From Deltaproteobacteria bacterium HGW-Deltaproteobacteria-6 (GTDB taxonomy: Bacteria > Desulfobacterota > Syntrophia > Syntrophales > Smithellaceae), in the NCBI GenBank assembly GCA_002840435.1, contig PHAT01000002.1, forward strand, positions 202,696 to 266,695: a stretch of DNA of 64,000 nucleotides, in the 5' to 3' direction. Numbering within the stretch: position 1 is the stretch's first letter; each line of letters begins with the position of its first letter. The translations under genes and the position numbers were made by a program. This document shows, piece after piece, positions 24,397 to 33,511 of the stretch. Under the pieces are notes generated by a model, which did no database searches, had not been told where the DNA came from, and saw nothing but the letters and a program-made list of their open reading frames with translations.

Positions 24397-24579
24397 ATGA
24401 CAGCAACAGCAAAGAAGGTAGTGAAGAAGGCTGCAAAACCCGCAGCGAAGAAAGCGGCAGCAAAGAAAGTAGTCAAGAAGGCAGCAGCGAAGAAGGTTGT
24501 CAAAAAGGCCGCAGCGAAGAAGGTTGTCAAAAAGGCCGCAGCGAAGAAAGTTGTCAAAAAGGCAGCAGCCAAGAAGTAA
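24397..24579 (+). CDS. Lys/Ala-rich histone-H1-like nucleoid protein
   Basis: 60 aa: MTATAKKVVKKAAKPAAKKAAAKKVVKKAAAKKVVKKAAAKKVVKKAAAKKVVKKAAAKK. A strong RBS AAGGAGG lies upstream, with a hairpin terminator downstream. The composition resembles the AKKA-repeat DNA-binding proteins of Chlamydia Hc1/Hc2, Bordetella BpH and Pseudomonas AlgP tails. Confidence 0.7.
   Translation: MTATAKKVVKKAAKPAAKKAAAKKVVKKAAAKKVVKKAAAKKVVKKAAAKKVVKKAAAKK
24457..24564 (+). repeat. Four tandem 27-bp repeats inside the histone-like gene
   Basis: The unit GCAGCGAAGAAGGTTGTCAAAAAGGCC is identical at 24484-24510 and 24511-24537. The copy at 24538-24564 has two substitutions, and a more diverged copy lies at 24457-24483. 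Each unit encodes AAKKVVKKA. Confidence 0.9.
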
Positions 24580-24601
24580 CACCCATCAACAAAGATAATT
24601 T

Positions 24602-24634
24602 AAAGAGCAGGCGGACGCAAGTTTCCTGCTCTTT
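24602..24634 (+). terminator. Hairpin terminator after the histone-like gene
   Basis: AAAGAGCAGG-cggacgcaagttt-CCTGCTCTTT, beginning 20 nt after the stop codon. The U-tract is partly inside the stem. Confidence 0.6.
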
Positions 24635-24834
24635 AAGTTTCAGCGCCGGTCTGTTCCTTCCTGTCCGGCAATTTTCCGCAAATTCTTTGCATTCAATTAT
24701 TGATCTGAGCAATAAATCCTTTTTAAAAAAAAGAATTCAATGCTATGACTATACGGCATTGATTTACACCGGAATGGTGACGTATTCCCATGACAAGCGG
24801 ACCTTGCATCTGTGTTTCCCTATAAAGGTGATTC

Positions 24835-26406
24835 ATGACTCAGGACTTAATTCTCAGTATTGATAACGGCACGCAATCTGTCCGGGCTCTCATTTTTGAT
24901 TTAAAGGGCAATTTGCTTTACCAAAAAAGAGTTCCCATGCAGCCTTACGTTTCACGACAGCCGGGTTGGGCGGAGCAGGATGTTCCCTATTACTGGAAAT
25001 CGCTCTGCCAGGCCTGTCAGATGCTCTGGAGTGAGACATCCGTGCCGAAGGAAGCGATCGCGGGCGTTACGCTGACCTCACAGCGCTGCACCATGATCAA
25101 TCTCGATAGAAACGGAAATCCACTGCGACCGGCAATGGTCTGGCTGGATCAGAGACGCACCAGCGGTTTGAAGCCGATTGGCGGATTCTGGGGTCTGGCT
25201 TTTAAATTGTCGGGCATGAGCGAAACCGTTGCCTACCTTCAGGCAGAAGCGGAGAGCAACTGGATCAAACGTTATCAGCCGGAGGTCTGGAGCAAAACGC
25301 ACAAGTTTTTATTTCTCTCCGGCTATCTGACGTATCGTCTGACCGGACAATTTGTTGATTCAATCGGATGTCAGGTCGGCTATATTCCCTTCGATTACAA
25401 AAAAAAGGCCTGGGCGTCATCCTGGAATTGGAAATGGCCGGTCACCCAGGTCGAACCCCGGATGCTGCCGGATTTGATCGAGCCTGCGGGCGTGCTGGGA
25501 CAGATCACCCGTCAGGCTGCCGCCGATACCGGAATACCGGAAGGACTGCCGGTATTCGCCGCCGCCGCAGACAAGGCTTGTGAAGTGCTCGGCGCCGGAT
25601 GTCTTGAGCCGCATATCGGCTGTCTGAGCTATGGCACATCGGCGACCATTAATACAACACACTATAAATATATTGAGGCCATACCGCTGATTCCCCCTTA
25701 TCCCTCGGCAGTACCGGACGCTTACAGCCTGGAAATACAGATTTACCGGGGGTACTGGATGGTCAGCTGGTTTTCAGAGCAATTTGCTCATATGGAGCAG
25801 CAGATGGCCGGGGAGCAGGGTGTTAAAGTCGAAACGCTTATTGAAGAACTCCTGCATGACGTGCCGCCCGGTTCCATGGGATTGATTCTCCAGCCCTACT
25901 GGTCGCCGGGCATTAAAGTGCCCGGACCGGAGGCCAAGGGGGCTGTGATCGGTTTTGGCGACGTGCACAACCGGGCGCATTTCTACCGTGCCATTCTGGA
26001 AGGTCTGGCGTATGCCCTCAGGGAGGGCAAGGAGCGCGAGGAAAAGCGCAGCGGCGTGGATATTACCGAATTGCGCGTTTCCGGCGGCGGATCGCAAAGC
26101 AACTCGGCCATGCAACTGACCGCTGATATCTTCGGCATGCCGACCGCGCGCTCGCATATTTATGAAACATCAGGGCTGGGCGCGGCCATTGATGCGGCAG
26201 TCGGGTTGAAGATGCACCGGAACTTCAAGGACGCTGTTGCGGAGATGACCCGTATCGGACAATATTTTGAACCGGATCTCAATACGCACAAGATATATGA
26301 TCAACTTTACAATCGTGTTTACAAACAAATGTATAAAAAGTTAAAGCCGCTTTATGAAGAAATCCGCGACATCACCGGCTATCCCAAAAGGGCGGGGGAG
26401 GGGTAG
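24835..26406 (+). CDS. FGGY-family carbohydrate kinase
   Basis: 523 aa. N-terminal [15 protein letters not shown] and C-terminal [23 protein letters not shown] are the two FGGY signature regions. Substrate not assignable. Confidence 0.85.
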   Translation: MTQDLILSIDNGTQSVRALIFDLKGNLLYQKRVPMQPYVSRQPGWAEQDVPYYWKSLCQACQMLWSETSVPKEAIAGVTLTSQRCTMINLDRNGNPLRPAMVWLDQRRTSGLKPIGGFWGLAFKLSGMSETVAYLQAEAESNWIKRYQPEVWSKTHKFLFLSGYLTYRLTGQFVDSIGCQVGYIPFDYKKKAWASSWNWKWPVTQVEPRMLPDLIEPAGVLGQITRQAAADTGIPEGLPVFAAAADKACEVLGAGCLEPHIGCLSYGTSATINTTHYKYIEAIPLIPPYPSAVPDAYSLEIQIYRGYWMVSWFSEQFAHMEQQMAGEQGVKVETLIEELLHDVPPGSMGLILQPYWSPGIKVPGPEAKGAVIGFGDVHNRAHFYRAILEGLAYALREGKEREEKRSGVDITELRVSGGGSQSNSAMQLTADIFGMPTARSHIYETSGLGAAIDAAVGLKMHRNFKDAVAEMTRIGQYFEPDLNTHKIYDQLYNRVYKQMYKKLKPLYEEIRDITGYPKRAGEG

Positions 26407-26414
26407 GCAGAAGA

Positions 26415-26549
26415 ATGAAGTCTTTCAGGCCGAAGGCTGAAGGTTTGTTTTGCAGGCCTTCGGCGTTATTATATCTTTCCGGATGCCGGCGAAAGCCTGC
26501 ATGACGCAGCGTTTCGCGCCTTTCTCTTAACCTGCCAGCCTTCAGTCTT
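26415..26549. repeat. Heptad-armed inverted-repeat element (family 1, copy 3; core inverted relative to copy 1)
   Basis: Left arm ATGAAGT-CTTTCAGG-CCGAAGG-CTGAAGG and a shorter right arm GCCAG-CCTTCAG-TCTT. The reverse complement of 26494-26530 (AAGAGAAAGGCGCGAAACGCTGCGTCA) matches the copy-1 core AAGATGAAAGGCGCGCAACGCGCCGTCA. Confidence 0.7.
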
Positions 26550-26629
26550 TATCCCTTCCCCCTATTGACAGAAGAAAGAAACAATCATATAGCGGTGACA
26601 TCAAAATATTATCAGAAAAGGCAGAATTC

Positions 26630-27388
26630 ATGCTGGAATTAAAGAATTTGTATTTTACGGTGCAGGAAGATGACGAAGCCGGAGGGAAGAGCCGCAATAT
26701 CATCGATGGGATCGATTTCACTTTTCAGGACGGCAAATTCTACGCCATTACCGGCCCCAACGGCAGTGGTAAAACCACGCTGGCTAAATTAATCATGGGC
26801 GTCAATCCGGCATCACAAGGCGCCATCCTTTTCAACGGACAGGATGTTTCCGCATGGACCATCACCCAACGGGCCAAGGCGGGCATTGCCTATAGTTTCC
26901 AGCAGCCTGCCCGTTTTAAAGGCATCACGTTTCGCGATTTGCTGACGATTGCCACCGGCATTGAGGATGAAAACAAGCTTCTGGCGATTCTTGGCCGGGT
27001 AGGCATCTGTCCTCTGTCTTTTCTGGACAAAGAAGTGGATGCCAGGCTTTCCGGCGGTGAAATCAAAAAAATTGAGCTGGCCACCACCATCGCCGCTAAT
27101 CCCAAACTGGCTATATACGATGAACCGGATACGGGAATTGATTTATGGACCATAGGTCCGATGGTCAATCTTCTGAAGAAGGAGCTGGCTGACAATCATA
27201 CGACAACGATCGTCGTCAGTCACAACAGAGCCTTTTTAGAGGCGGCGGATGAGATTCTGATTATCAATTCGGGCAAGATTGCCTATAGCGGAAACCTGGA
27301 AGGCGCTATGCCGCTTCTGGATGATTTGAGTGTGTGTACTTACCGGGACAGTTGTGAAGGAGATCATGATGCTGGATGCTATAGATAA
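26630..27388 (+). CDS. SufC-like ABC ATPase of a two-gene Fe-S cluster assembly system (SmsC-type)
   Basis: 252 aa. Walker A GPNGSGKTT, signature LSGGEIKK, Walker B AIYDEPDTGID, plus the SufC-like GIAYSFQQPARFKGITF block. Confidence 0.85.
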   Translation: MLELKNLYFTVQEDDEAGGKSRNIIDGIDFTFQDGKFYAITGPNGSGKTTLAKLIMGVNPASQGAILFNGQDVSAWTITQRAKAGIAYSFQQPARFKGITFRDLLTIATGIEDENKLLAILGRVGICPLSFLDKEVDARLSGGEIKKIELATTIAANPKLAIYDEPDTGIDLWTIGPMVNLLKKELADNHTTTIVVSHNRAFLEAADEILIINSGKIAYSGNLEGAMPLLDDLSVCTYRDSCEGDHDAGCYR

Positions 27389-28289
27389 AACATTATTAAA
27401 AACGGTTGCCGATTTGGAAAGTTTGCCCAAGGGCGCCTACAATATACGAAAAAACGGCAAACTTCTGAGCCGGCAGGTATCGGCCAATATCAACATTGAA
27501 ACCAATGCTGAAGGAACAGGCATTATCGTTACCATCAAGCCGGGGACAAAAAACGAATCGGTTCATATCCCGGTCATCTTGAGCCAGGCCGGTCTTTATG
27601 ATGTGGTCTATAACTCCTTTATCGTCGGAGATGATGCCGAGGTGACCATCATTGCCGGTTGCGGCATTCACTGCGGTTCGTCTGAACCGGAAGGGCATGC
27701 CGGCATCCATGAATTTAAAGTCGGCAAAAAAGCGAAGGTTACCTATGTTGAAAAGCACTATGCCGCAGGCGACGGCAAGGGACGCAGGACACTCAATCCG
27801 ACCACCAGGGTATACCTGGAGGATGGCGCACAGGCGAACATGGAGCTGACCCAGATTGCCGGTGTGGATGAAGCCAACCGGTTGAATGAAGCGGTGCTGG
27901 GTCATGGCAGTCTTTTGTTGATTACGGAAAGGGTTTTAACGGATGGTGATCAGACAGCCGTATCCACGAATAATATCGCTTTAAAAGGCGCGGGAAGCCG
28001 CGCCAACATGATTTCCCGCTCCGTCATGAAGGGCAATTCCAAACAGATATTTTACGCAACGATGGATGCGCAAAACGAATGTTTCGGCCATATTGAATGT
28101 GATGCCATTATTATGGATAACGGCACCAATGAAACCATGCCGTCGCTGAAAGCGGGACATCCTGATGCGACATTGACTCATGAAGCTTCTATCGGTAAAA
28201 TTGCAAGTGATCAATTGACCAAACTGATGAGTCTGGGGCTGACATATGACCAGGCGGTCAACCGGATCATTCAGGGTTTCCTGAAATAG
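27366..28289 (+). CDS. SufB/SufD-family Fe-S scaffold protein, short form (SmsB-type)
   Basis: About 307 aa with a beta-helix-type repeat sequence and the C-terminal block THEASIGKIASDQLTKLMSLGLTYDQAVNRIIQGFL typical of SufB/D. GAAGGAG lies upstream of the ATG at 27366, which overlaps the end of the ATPase gene. Confidence 0.8.
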   Translation: MMLDAIDKTLLKTVADLESLPKGAYNIRKNGKLLSRQVSANINIETNAEGTGIIVTIKPGTKNESVHIPVILSQAGLYDVVYNSFIVGDDAEVTIIAGCGIHCGSSEPEGHAGIHEFKVGKKAKVTYVEKHYAAGDGKGRRTLNPTTRVYLEDGAQANMELTQIAGVDEANRLNEAVLGHGSLLLITERVLTDGDQTAVSTNNIALKGAGSRANMISRSVMKGNSKQIFYATMDAQNECFGHIECDAIIMDNGTNETMPSLKAGHPDATLTHEASIGKIASDQLTKLMSLGLTYDQAVNRIIQGFLK

Positions 28290-28349
28290 CCGGGTCTGAC
28301 AGGCCATAGTAAAGTATGTATCCAAATTCAGAATAGAACGGACTTGATC

Positions 28350-30899
28350 ATGCGTCATCCTTTTTTTCACCGCATGCAATGGTTTCTGTTGATGGGACCC
28401 CTGTTGGGACTATGGGGGTGCGCCAATATGATGGAAGCCCTGCCGGCCCCTCCGGCTTTTCTGGCTCCGGTTCAACTCAACGGCCCTTATGATGCGGATA
28501 TTCCGATCCGTAACGCCGATCAGATCAAAAAGGCCAGCCTTGTGCAGGATGAGGCCGTGCCTTATATCTTTATCAGCGTGGGAGCCCATTTCGAGTCAGA
28601 AGGCGACCCGGTGCGTTCCATTCATTTCTTCAACCGGGCGATTGAGGAATTTCGCAAACGGAGCAATGCTTTCGGGGAAGGAACAGCGTTGGGGCGGAAA
28701 GTTGCGGCGCTCGAACGGTATGGCCGGACGGACGATGCCGCCCTGTGTATCCGGGATATGGAACGAAGGTGGCCGGGCGCGCCTCTCAACGCTTTTGCTT
28801 TTTATAACCATGGACATCATTATCTGCAGAAAGGCGACTACTCCAACGCCCGTAAATATTTCGGACAGGCCCTTGCGGCCAATTCCGGTTATCCCGGCAA
28901 CCCTGATTTAATGGCGCTGAGGCGCGACACGGAATTGGACTACGGTAAAGCCCTGGTGCTTGCGGATTATTTTTCAAAAGTTTCCGGCAGATTAGTCCTT
29001 AAGGATTTCGATGAAGCCTTTTATCAGGATATCCGCCGGAACATTTCCGAGGGCCTGTCTCATCTGAAGCAGGTTGAGATTCTGAACAGGGATATTTTGA
29101 AGACAAAAGTTATCCGGTATTTCCCGGAGATTACCCCCTCATTTATCGAATGCGATGTGCGCAACTTTCTGGGACTGGCCTATGGTATTCAGGGACAGCC
29201 CTCCGAAGGCGTTAATCATCTGGAAGCGGCTGCCCGCATGGCGCAAAAAGCGGATTACCGCATTGGCGAAGCCGACAGTCTTTTCTTTCTCAATCAGATT
29301 TATTTGCTGGACGGCAATGTCCCAAAGGGTAAAAAAGCCGCTCATGATCTGGAAAGCATGGCCGATAAGTATCAGCTTTCTTCCTATGCCATCTGGGCCA
29401 AAATGATTCTTGCCCATCACGCCGGAAAAATCCGCGATGTCGATCAGGCTGTAGATTCCCTGAACAATGCATTGACGTTAATGGAGAGAAACGCGCTTTG
29501 GTTGAACAAGGATGCTGGCTTCAGGAGTATTGCTTTTTTCAAGCGTCAGGAACTCTACGAAGCCCTTCTGGATTCACAGGCCGGAAAGGCCGATGAAAGG
29601 GGCGCTTTTAAAACAGCTGAGCGGTCGAAAACAGCCCTGTTGGCGGATTTGCTGGCCGGCGAAATGATCGGGAAGAACCCGCCTGTATCAGCATCCGTAA
29701 AACAAATGCGCTTATACAGTGAACAGCTGTCGGGGGATTATATCAGATTATTATCACCGGTAAACGGGTCCGCCGTTTTCATGAATACGGTTGCAAAAAT
29801 CGACCGGAACCGAAGGGCTTATGCAGATGCCCTGGCCAGGGTCAAAGAGCAGGATGAAGCGCTGCATTCGCTGATCGGTGTTGTGTCATCGGATGCGGGC
29901 GACATTCAGCGATTGCTGGATAACAATACAACCCTTTTTACCTATTATGTCGGTGAAAAACATTTATATGTCTGGGTGATCAGCAAAAATGGATTCCATC
30001 AGGAAAAAATAAGAATGTCCCGCAATGAGGTCGACCGACTGGTGTATGCCTATCGCAGCGCCATGATGTCTAAAGACAGAAGTCAGGCCAACGCTTTATC
30101 GGAAAAAGTTTATGATGCGTTTTTGAAACCGGTCATTCCTTTTGTTTACGGAGACCGGGTGGGTTTTGTGCCCCATGGAGCACTTTATAACCTGTCCTTT
30201 GCGTCGATGCGTTACATCAAGTCTTATCTGGTGGACGGTTTTACGATTTTCTATCTGCCCCATACCGGCCTGATCAGACAGATGGCGCCGGAAAAGTTAA
30301 TAACGAAAACGAAAAAAACACTCATCATTGCTGATGCTCAGAGCACCGGAAAACAACGGTCTTCGCCGGACGACGGGGCGGAGATGGATATACTGAAAAA
30401 AATATTCCCGCAGGCGGATTATTATGTGGCGGAAAATATATCCCCGGCTGACTTGCAAAAGTTGACGGGAATCTATGACATCATCCATTTTGCGCCGGGC
30501 GATTATTTCATGAAAGAGACGCCCCTCGATCCGGGTTTGCCTCCGGATGCAGCCTGGCCGCGCAATGGATGCCGGAGCGGTCGTGATATTGCGCGCCTGC
30601 AACTTGCCGCGCGGACGACGGTTTTCGGCGGTTGCCGGCCGGAAAGAGTCGTCTCTTCGGCGGACACGGGAATGCAGTCCCTGGTTGCCGCCTGGCTTTA
30701 TGCCGTCAGCCCGTCGGTGGTCGCAACACTTTGGCGGGTTGAGGATCAATCAAGAGCCGCATGGGTGGAAATATTTTATAAAAATCTGGAAAAAAACGAC
30801 AATATGGCCGAAGCTCTGAGAGCGGCCCAGAATGAAATGATTCAAAAGGGCTATGGACCATCGGAATGGGCGGCATTTACACTGATCGGCCGTCATTAG
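28350..30899 (+). CDS. Lipoprotein with N-terminal TPR repeats and C-terminal CHAT (caspase-fold) domain
   Basis: Signal/lipobox LLMGPLLGLWGC|AN. There are multiple TPR-like units in residues ~70-420. The C-terminal CHAT pattern is VGFVPHGALYNLSF..., IIHFAPGDYF, TTVFGGCRPE, VVATLWRVEDQSRAAWVEIFYKNL, SEWAAFTLIGRH. Confidence 0.8.
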   Translation: MRHPFFHRMQWFLLMGPLLGLWGCANMMEALPAPPAFLAPVQLNGPYDADIPIRNADQIKKASLVQDEAVPYIFISVGAHFESEGDPVRSIHFFNRAIEEFRKRSNAFGEGTALGRKVAALERYGRTDDAALCIRDMERRWPGAPLNAFAFYNHGHHYLQKGDYSNARKYFGQALAANSGYPGNPDLMALRRDTELDYGKALVLADYFSKVSGRLVLKDFDEAFYQDIRRNISEGLSHLKQVEILNRDILKTKVIRYFPEITPSFIECDVRNFLGLAYGIQGQPSEGVNHLEAAARMAQKADYRIGEADSLFFLNQIYLLDGNVPKGKKAAHDLESMADKYQLSSYAIWAKMILAHHAGKIRDVDQAVDSLNNALTLMERNALWLNKDAGFRSIAFFKRQELYEALLDSQAGKADERGAFKTAERSKTALLADLLAGEMIGKNPPVSASVKQMRLYSEQLSGDYIRLLSPVNGSAVFMNTVAKIDRNRRAYADALARVKEQDEALHSLIGVVSSDAGDIQRLLDNNTTLFTYYVGEKHLYVWVISKNGFHQEKIRMSRNEVDRLVYAYRSAMMSKDRSQANALSEKVYDAFLKPVIPFVYGDRVGFVPHGALYNLSFASMRYIKSYLVDGFTIFYLPHTGLIRQMAPEKLITKTKKTLIIADAQSTGKQRSSPDDGAEMDILKKIFPQADYYVAENISPADLQKLTGIYDIIHFAPGDYFMKETPLDPGLPPDAAWPRNGCRSGRDIARLQLAARTTVFGGCRPERVVSSADTGMQSLVAAWLYAVSPSVVATLWRVEDQSRAAWVEIFYKNLEKNDNMAEALRAAQNEMIQKGYGPSEWAAFTLIGRH

Positions 30900-30976
30900 A
30901 GGTGCAGGGTTACAACGTTTGACCGGACAAGGGGCCTGATAAAATGATTACTGTCGAATGAGAGGGGAATCATAAC

Positions 30977-31849
30977 ATGCAGCAGGAAGAAATACTGAGT
31001 ATTCTCGATGAAATTGAAGCAAAAATGCTGGATGCGGAAACGCTCGGCTTTTCTCCGGATGTGCTGGCCATCCTGGATAATGTGGAGGCCAGTAACAACG
31101 AGATTGAAATGCTGAAATTCCGTATCGGTCAGGAAATTCTGGTCAAGATTTTCAATATTGCCAATTCTGCTTATTACGGGAGCTTGAAGAAAGGAGTCAT
31201 TCACACCTTTTATGAAGTGGTGACCCGTTTGGGCATGAGCCATACCAAAGCGTTGATTTTTATTCTTGCTCAGCAGTTTCTTGCCCGTGACGACGAAAAA
31301 ATCGAAGCTATTTTCGCGCGGAGCATCGCTTCATCCATCATTGGAAAGATATTGGCACAGCAAATGGGCTTGCGGGAAGATATGGCCAAGCGGGTTGAGC
31401 TGGGTTGTCTTTTTTCCGAAATCGGCCGGATGATCATTCACGTCTATAAAAAACTGCACGCTCCCGATGATGAAAGGATTGATGAAATATTTATTGAAAA
31501 ATATCATCCCTATCTGACCGAAAGAATCATCGATATGTTCGGACTGCCCGACTATTTAAAGAAGATGATTTTTTGCGAAGGTATTGTGCTGGAAGCCAAT
31601 TATATCACCCTGTCGGGTATTACAAGATTTGCCGTGAATTTTGTTGCCGCGAGCTTCATTAAATACCATAATCATCTGATTATTGAGCCCCTGCCGCTCC
31701 CTCCTTCTCATGATCAGGCGACATATCTGGATCACATCATTGCGGAACAGTTCAGCGCGCTGGGGCTCAGCAAATACCTCCGCATCGTCAGAAAGAGAGA
31801 GCGATTGCTGCCGGTATACGACGGAAAGAAAAAACTGACGGAGCTTTGA
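30977..31849 (+). CDS. HDOD-domain protein
   Basis: 290 aa. The HDOD hallmarks are KIFNIANSAYYGSLKKGVIHTFYEVVTRLGMSHTKALIF. RBS GAGAGGGGA upstream. Confidence 0.7.
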   Translation: MQQEEILSILDEIEAKMLDAETLGFSPDVLAILDNVEASNNEIEMLKFRIGQEILVKIFNIANSAYYGSLKKGVIHTFYEVVTRLGMSHTKALIFILAQQFLARDDEKIEAIFARSIASSIIGKILAQQMGLREDMAKRVELGCLFSEIGRMIIHVYKKLHAPDDERIDEIFIEKYHPYLTERIIDMFGLPDYLKKMIFCEGIVLEANYITLSGITRFAVNFVAASFIKYHNHLIIEPLPLPPSHDQATYLDHIIAEQFSALGLSKYLRIVRKRERLLPVYDGKKKLTEL

Positions 31850-32107
31850 TCATTTGCAGACAGCACGCAATATGCGTCTGCGAATATTCAATTTCCGTTA
31901 AAAACACCAGGCAACCGGAGTGGCAATGGACTGCCGCGTCAACGTCTTATCACTGCTGTACGCAAGGGATATCCTCGTTTTAACAACTGCCTGTGTCCGT
32001 AAGATATTGACAACGGCAGTATCGTTTCATAAATTACCCTTGTAGTTTCATCCTGTTTTTGTCAGGATGTGCCATCTAATAAAAGCGAATCCAAAGGAGT
32101 TGTTGCC

Positions 32108-32845
32108 ATGTATAAAACAATAAATAAACGGTTGCTGATTGCTGTGTTTATCGGGATGTTGATCGCGGGATGCATGCCTTATGAAAGGCAGGTTGTGCCT
32201 TTTAAAACCCCTCAGAACAGCCCCAATGCCGTTCATGTTGGCGGCGCGGTCATCGCCGCCAAAAGTTTTACGGATGCCGATGAGGCCAAATCCGCTTTTG
32301 GCTTCGATATTCGTTCTGCGGGCATTCTTCCTGTGCAGGTGGTTTTTGATAATAAAAGCAATCATCCTTTGATGATTATTGCTGAACAGACATTTTTGAT
32401 CGATGAAGAGAGCAATGTCTGGCCGATCCTGTCACAAAATATGGCCTATGACCGCCTGTCTAAAAAAACTGAACTGAGCAGAGTGGCCCCCGAAGCGGCT
32501 AAAAAAGGGTTGCTGTTCGGAGCGGCGGGGGCTGTGATCGGGGCGGCCATCGGCATTGTTACCGGAACCAGCGTGGGTGCGGCAGCCGGAAAGGGCGCGG
32601 CTGTTGGCGCGGCGGCGGGAGTGGCTGTCGGTGGCAGTCAGGCCGCCATGGATCCGTCGGATGTGCAGGCTAAAATTAAGGAAGATTTGCAGACCAGAAC
32701 TTTGCATTACCGTGCGGTGAAACCCGGAGAGCTGGCTCACGGCTTCATTTTTTATCCGGGAGAAGTGAAAACGGCGAAGGTGCTGCGTTTGCAAATCAAA
32801 GAAACGGATACCGGTAAAGTATCCACGTTTGATATGAAACTGTAA
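32108..32845 (+). CDS. Lipoprotein with a glycine-zipper segment
   Basis: Start at ATG 32108 (AAAGGAG upstream) with lipobox MLIAGC|MP. The central LLFGAAGAVIGAAIGIVTGTSVGAAAGKGAAVGAAAGVAVGG is a Gly-zipper motif. Confidence 0.6.
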   Translation: MYKTINKRLLIAVFIGMLIAGCMPYERQVVPFKTPQNSPNAVHVGGAVIAAKSFTDADEAKSAFGFDIRSAGILPVQVVFDNKSNHPLMIIAEQTFLIDEESNVWPILSQNMAYDRLSKKTELSRVAPEAAKKGLLFGAAGAVIGAAIGIVTGTSVGAAAGKGAAVGAAAGVAVGGSQAAMDPSDVQAKIKEDLQTRTLHYRAVKPGELAHGFIFYPGEVKTAKVLRLQIKETDTGKVSTFDMKL

Positions 32846-32867
32846 TAAAACAAAAAAGGAGATAACC

Positions 32868-33365
32868 ATGTCGAAAACAGAAGATGCATTAAAAGAAGCC
32901 TTTGCCGGCGAGTCGCAGGCCAACCGCAAATACCTGGCATTTGCCGCCAAGGCGGACGCAGAGGGGTTTCCCCAGGCCGCCAGACTTTTCCGCGCGGCGG
33001 CGGAAGCGGAAACAGTCCATGCCCATGCCCATCTGCGGGCCATGAAAGGCATCCGCTCCACCAAAGAGAATCTGCAGGAAGCGATTGCCGGTGAAACGCA
33101 CGAATTCAAAAGCATGTATCCGGCTATGATTGAGAGCGCCAAAGCGGAAGGGCACAAAGAAGCCGAACGTTCTTTTATGTATGCCAACGAAGTGGAAAAA
33201 ATTCATGCCGGGCTCTATCAGCAGATGCTCGATTCTCTGGACGCCGCGAAAGATGCTTACAGTTACTATGTTTGCCCCGTTTGCGGTTTTACCGTGGAAA
33301 ATGAAGCGCCGGAAACCTGTCCCGTCTGCGGCGCCAAAGGCAAAATGTTCAAAAAAGTTGATTGA
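32868..33365 (+). CDS. rbr: Rubrerythrin
   Basis: 165 aa. Diiron ligand helices (AGESQANRKY, EAETVHAHAH, GETHEFKSMY, EVEKIHAGLY) and a C-terminal rubredoxin-like CPVCG...CPVCG. Confidence 0.9.
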   Translation: MSKTEDALKEAFAGESQANRKYLAFAAKADAEGFPQAARLFRAAAEAETVHAHAHLRAMKGIRSTKENLQEAIAGETHEFKSMYPAMIESAKAEGHKEAERSFMYANEVEKIHAGLYQQMLDSLDAAKDAYSYYVCPVCGFTVENEAPETCPVCGAKGKMFKKVD

Positions 33366-33511
33366 TGATCATCAAAAATAATCCTCCGGCGGCCTGTAAT
33401 TTAAACCGGGTCTGCCGGGGGATTTTTTGCAGGTTTTCGGGATGAACGGGTTTGCCATTTTCTTTCTTCAAATATTTTAGCGCTTAAAACAAGGGTTGAC
33501 AGGGCAGGGAA

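Noticed and set aside
24378-24582. Two 64-aa minus-strand ORFs (FFAAAFLTT... and LLRCGLFDN... repeats)
   Set aside because: They are antisense readings of the 27-bp tandem repeat of the histone-like gene. The plus-strand gene has the RBS, promoter and terminator.
11390-26549. CRISPR-like interpretation of the recurring CYGAAGG arms or of the 27-bp repeats
   Set aside because: The heptad repeats are complementary arm pairs at three separate loci, not a direct-repeat/spacer array. The 27-bp repeats are contiguous and coding. No cas genes are present.
32432-33187. 251-aa minus-strand ORF spanning the lipoprotein and rubrerythrin genes
   Set aside because: It crosses an intergenic gap and two well-supported plus-strand genes, so it is an antisense artefact.
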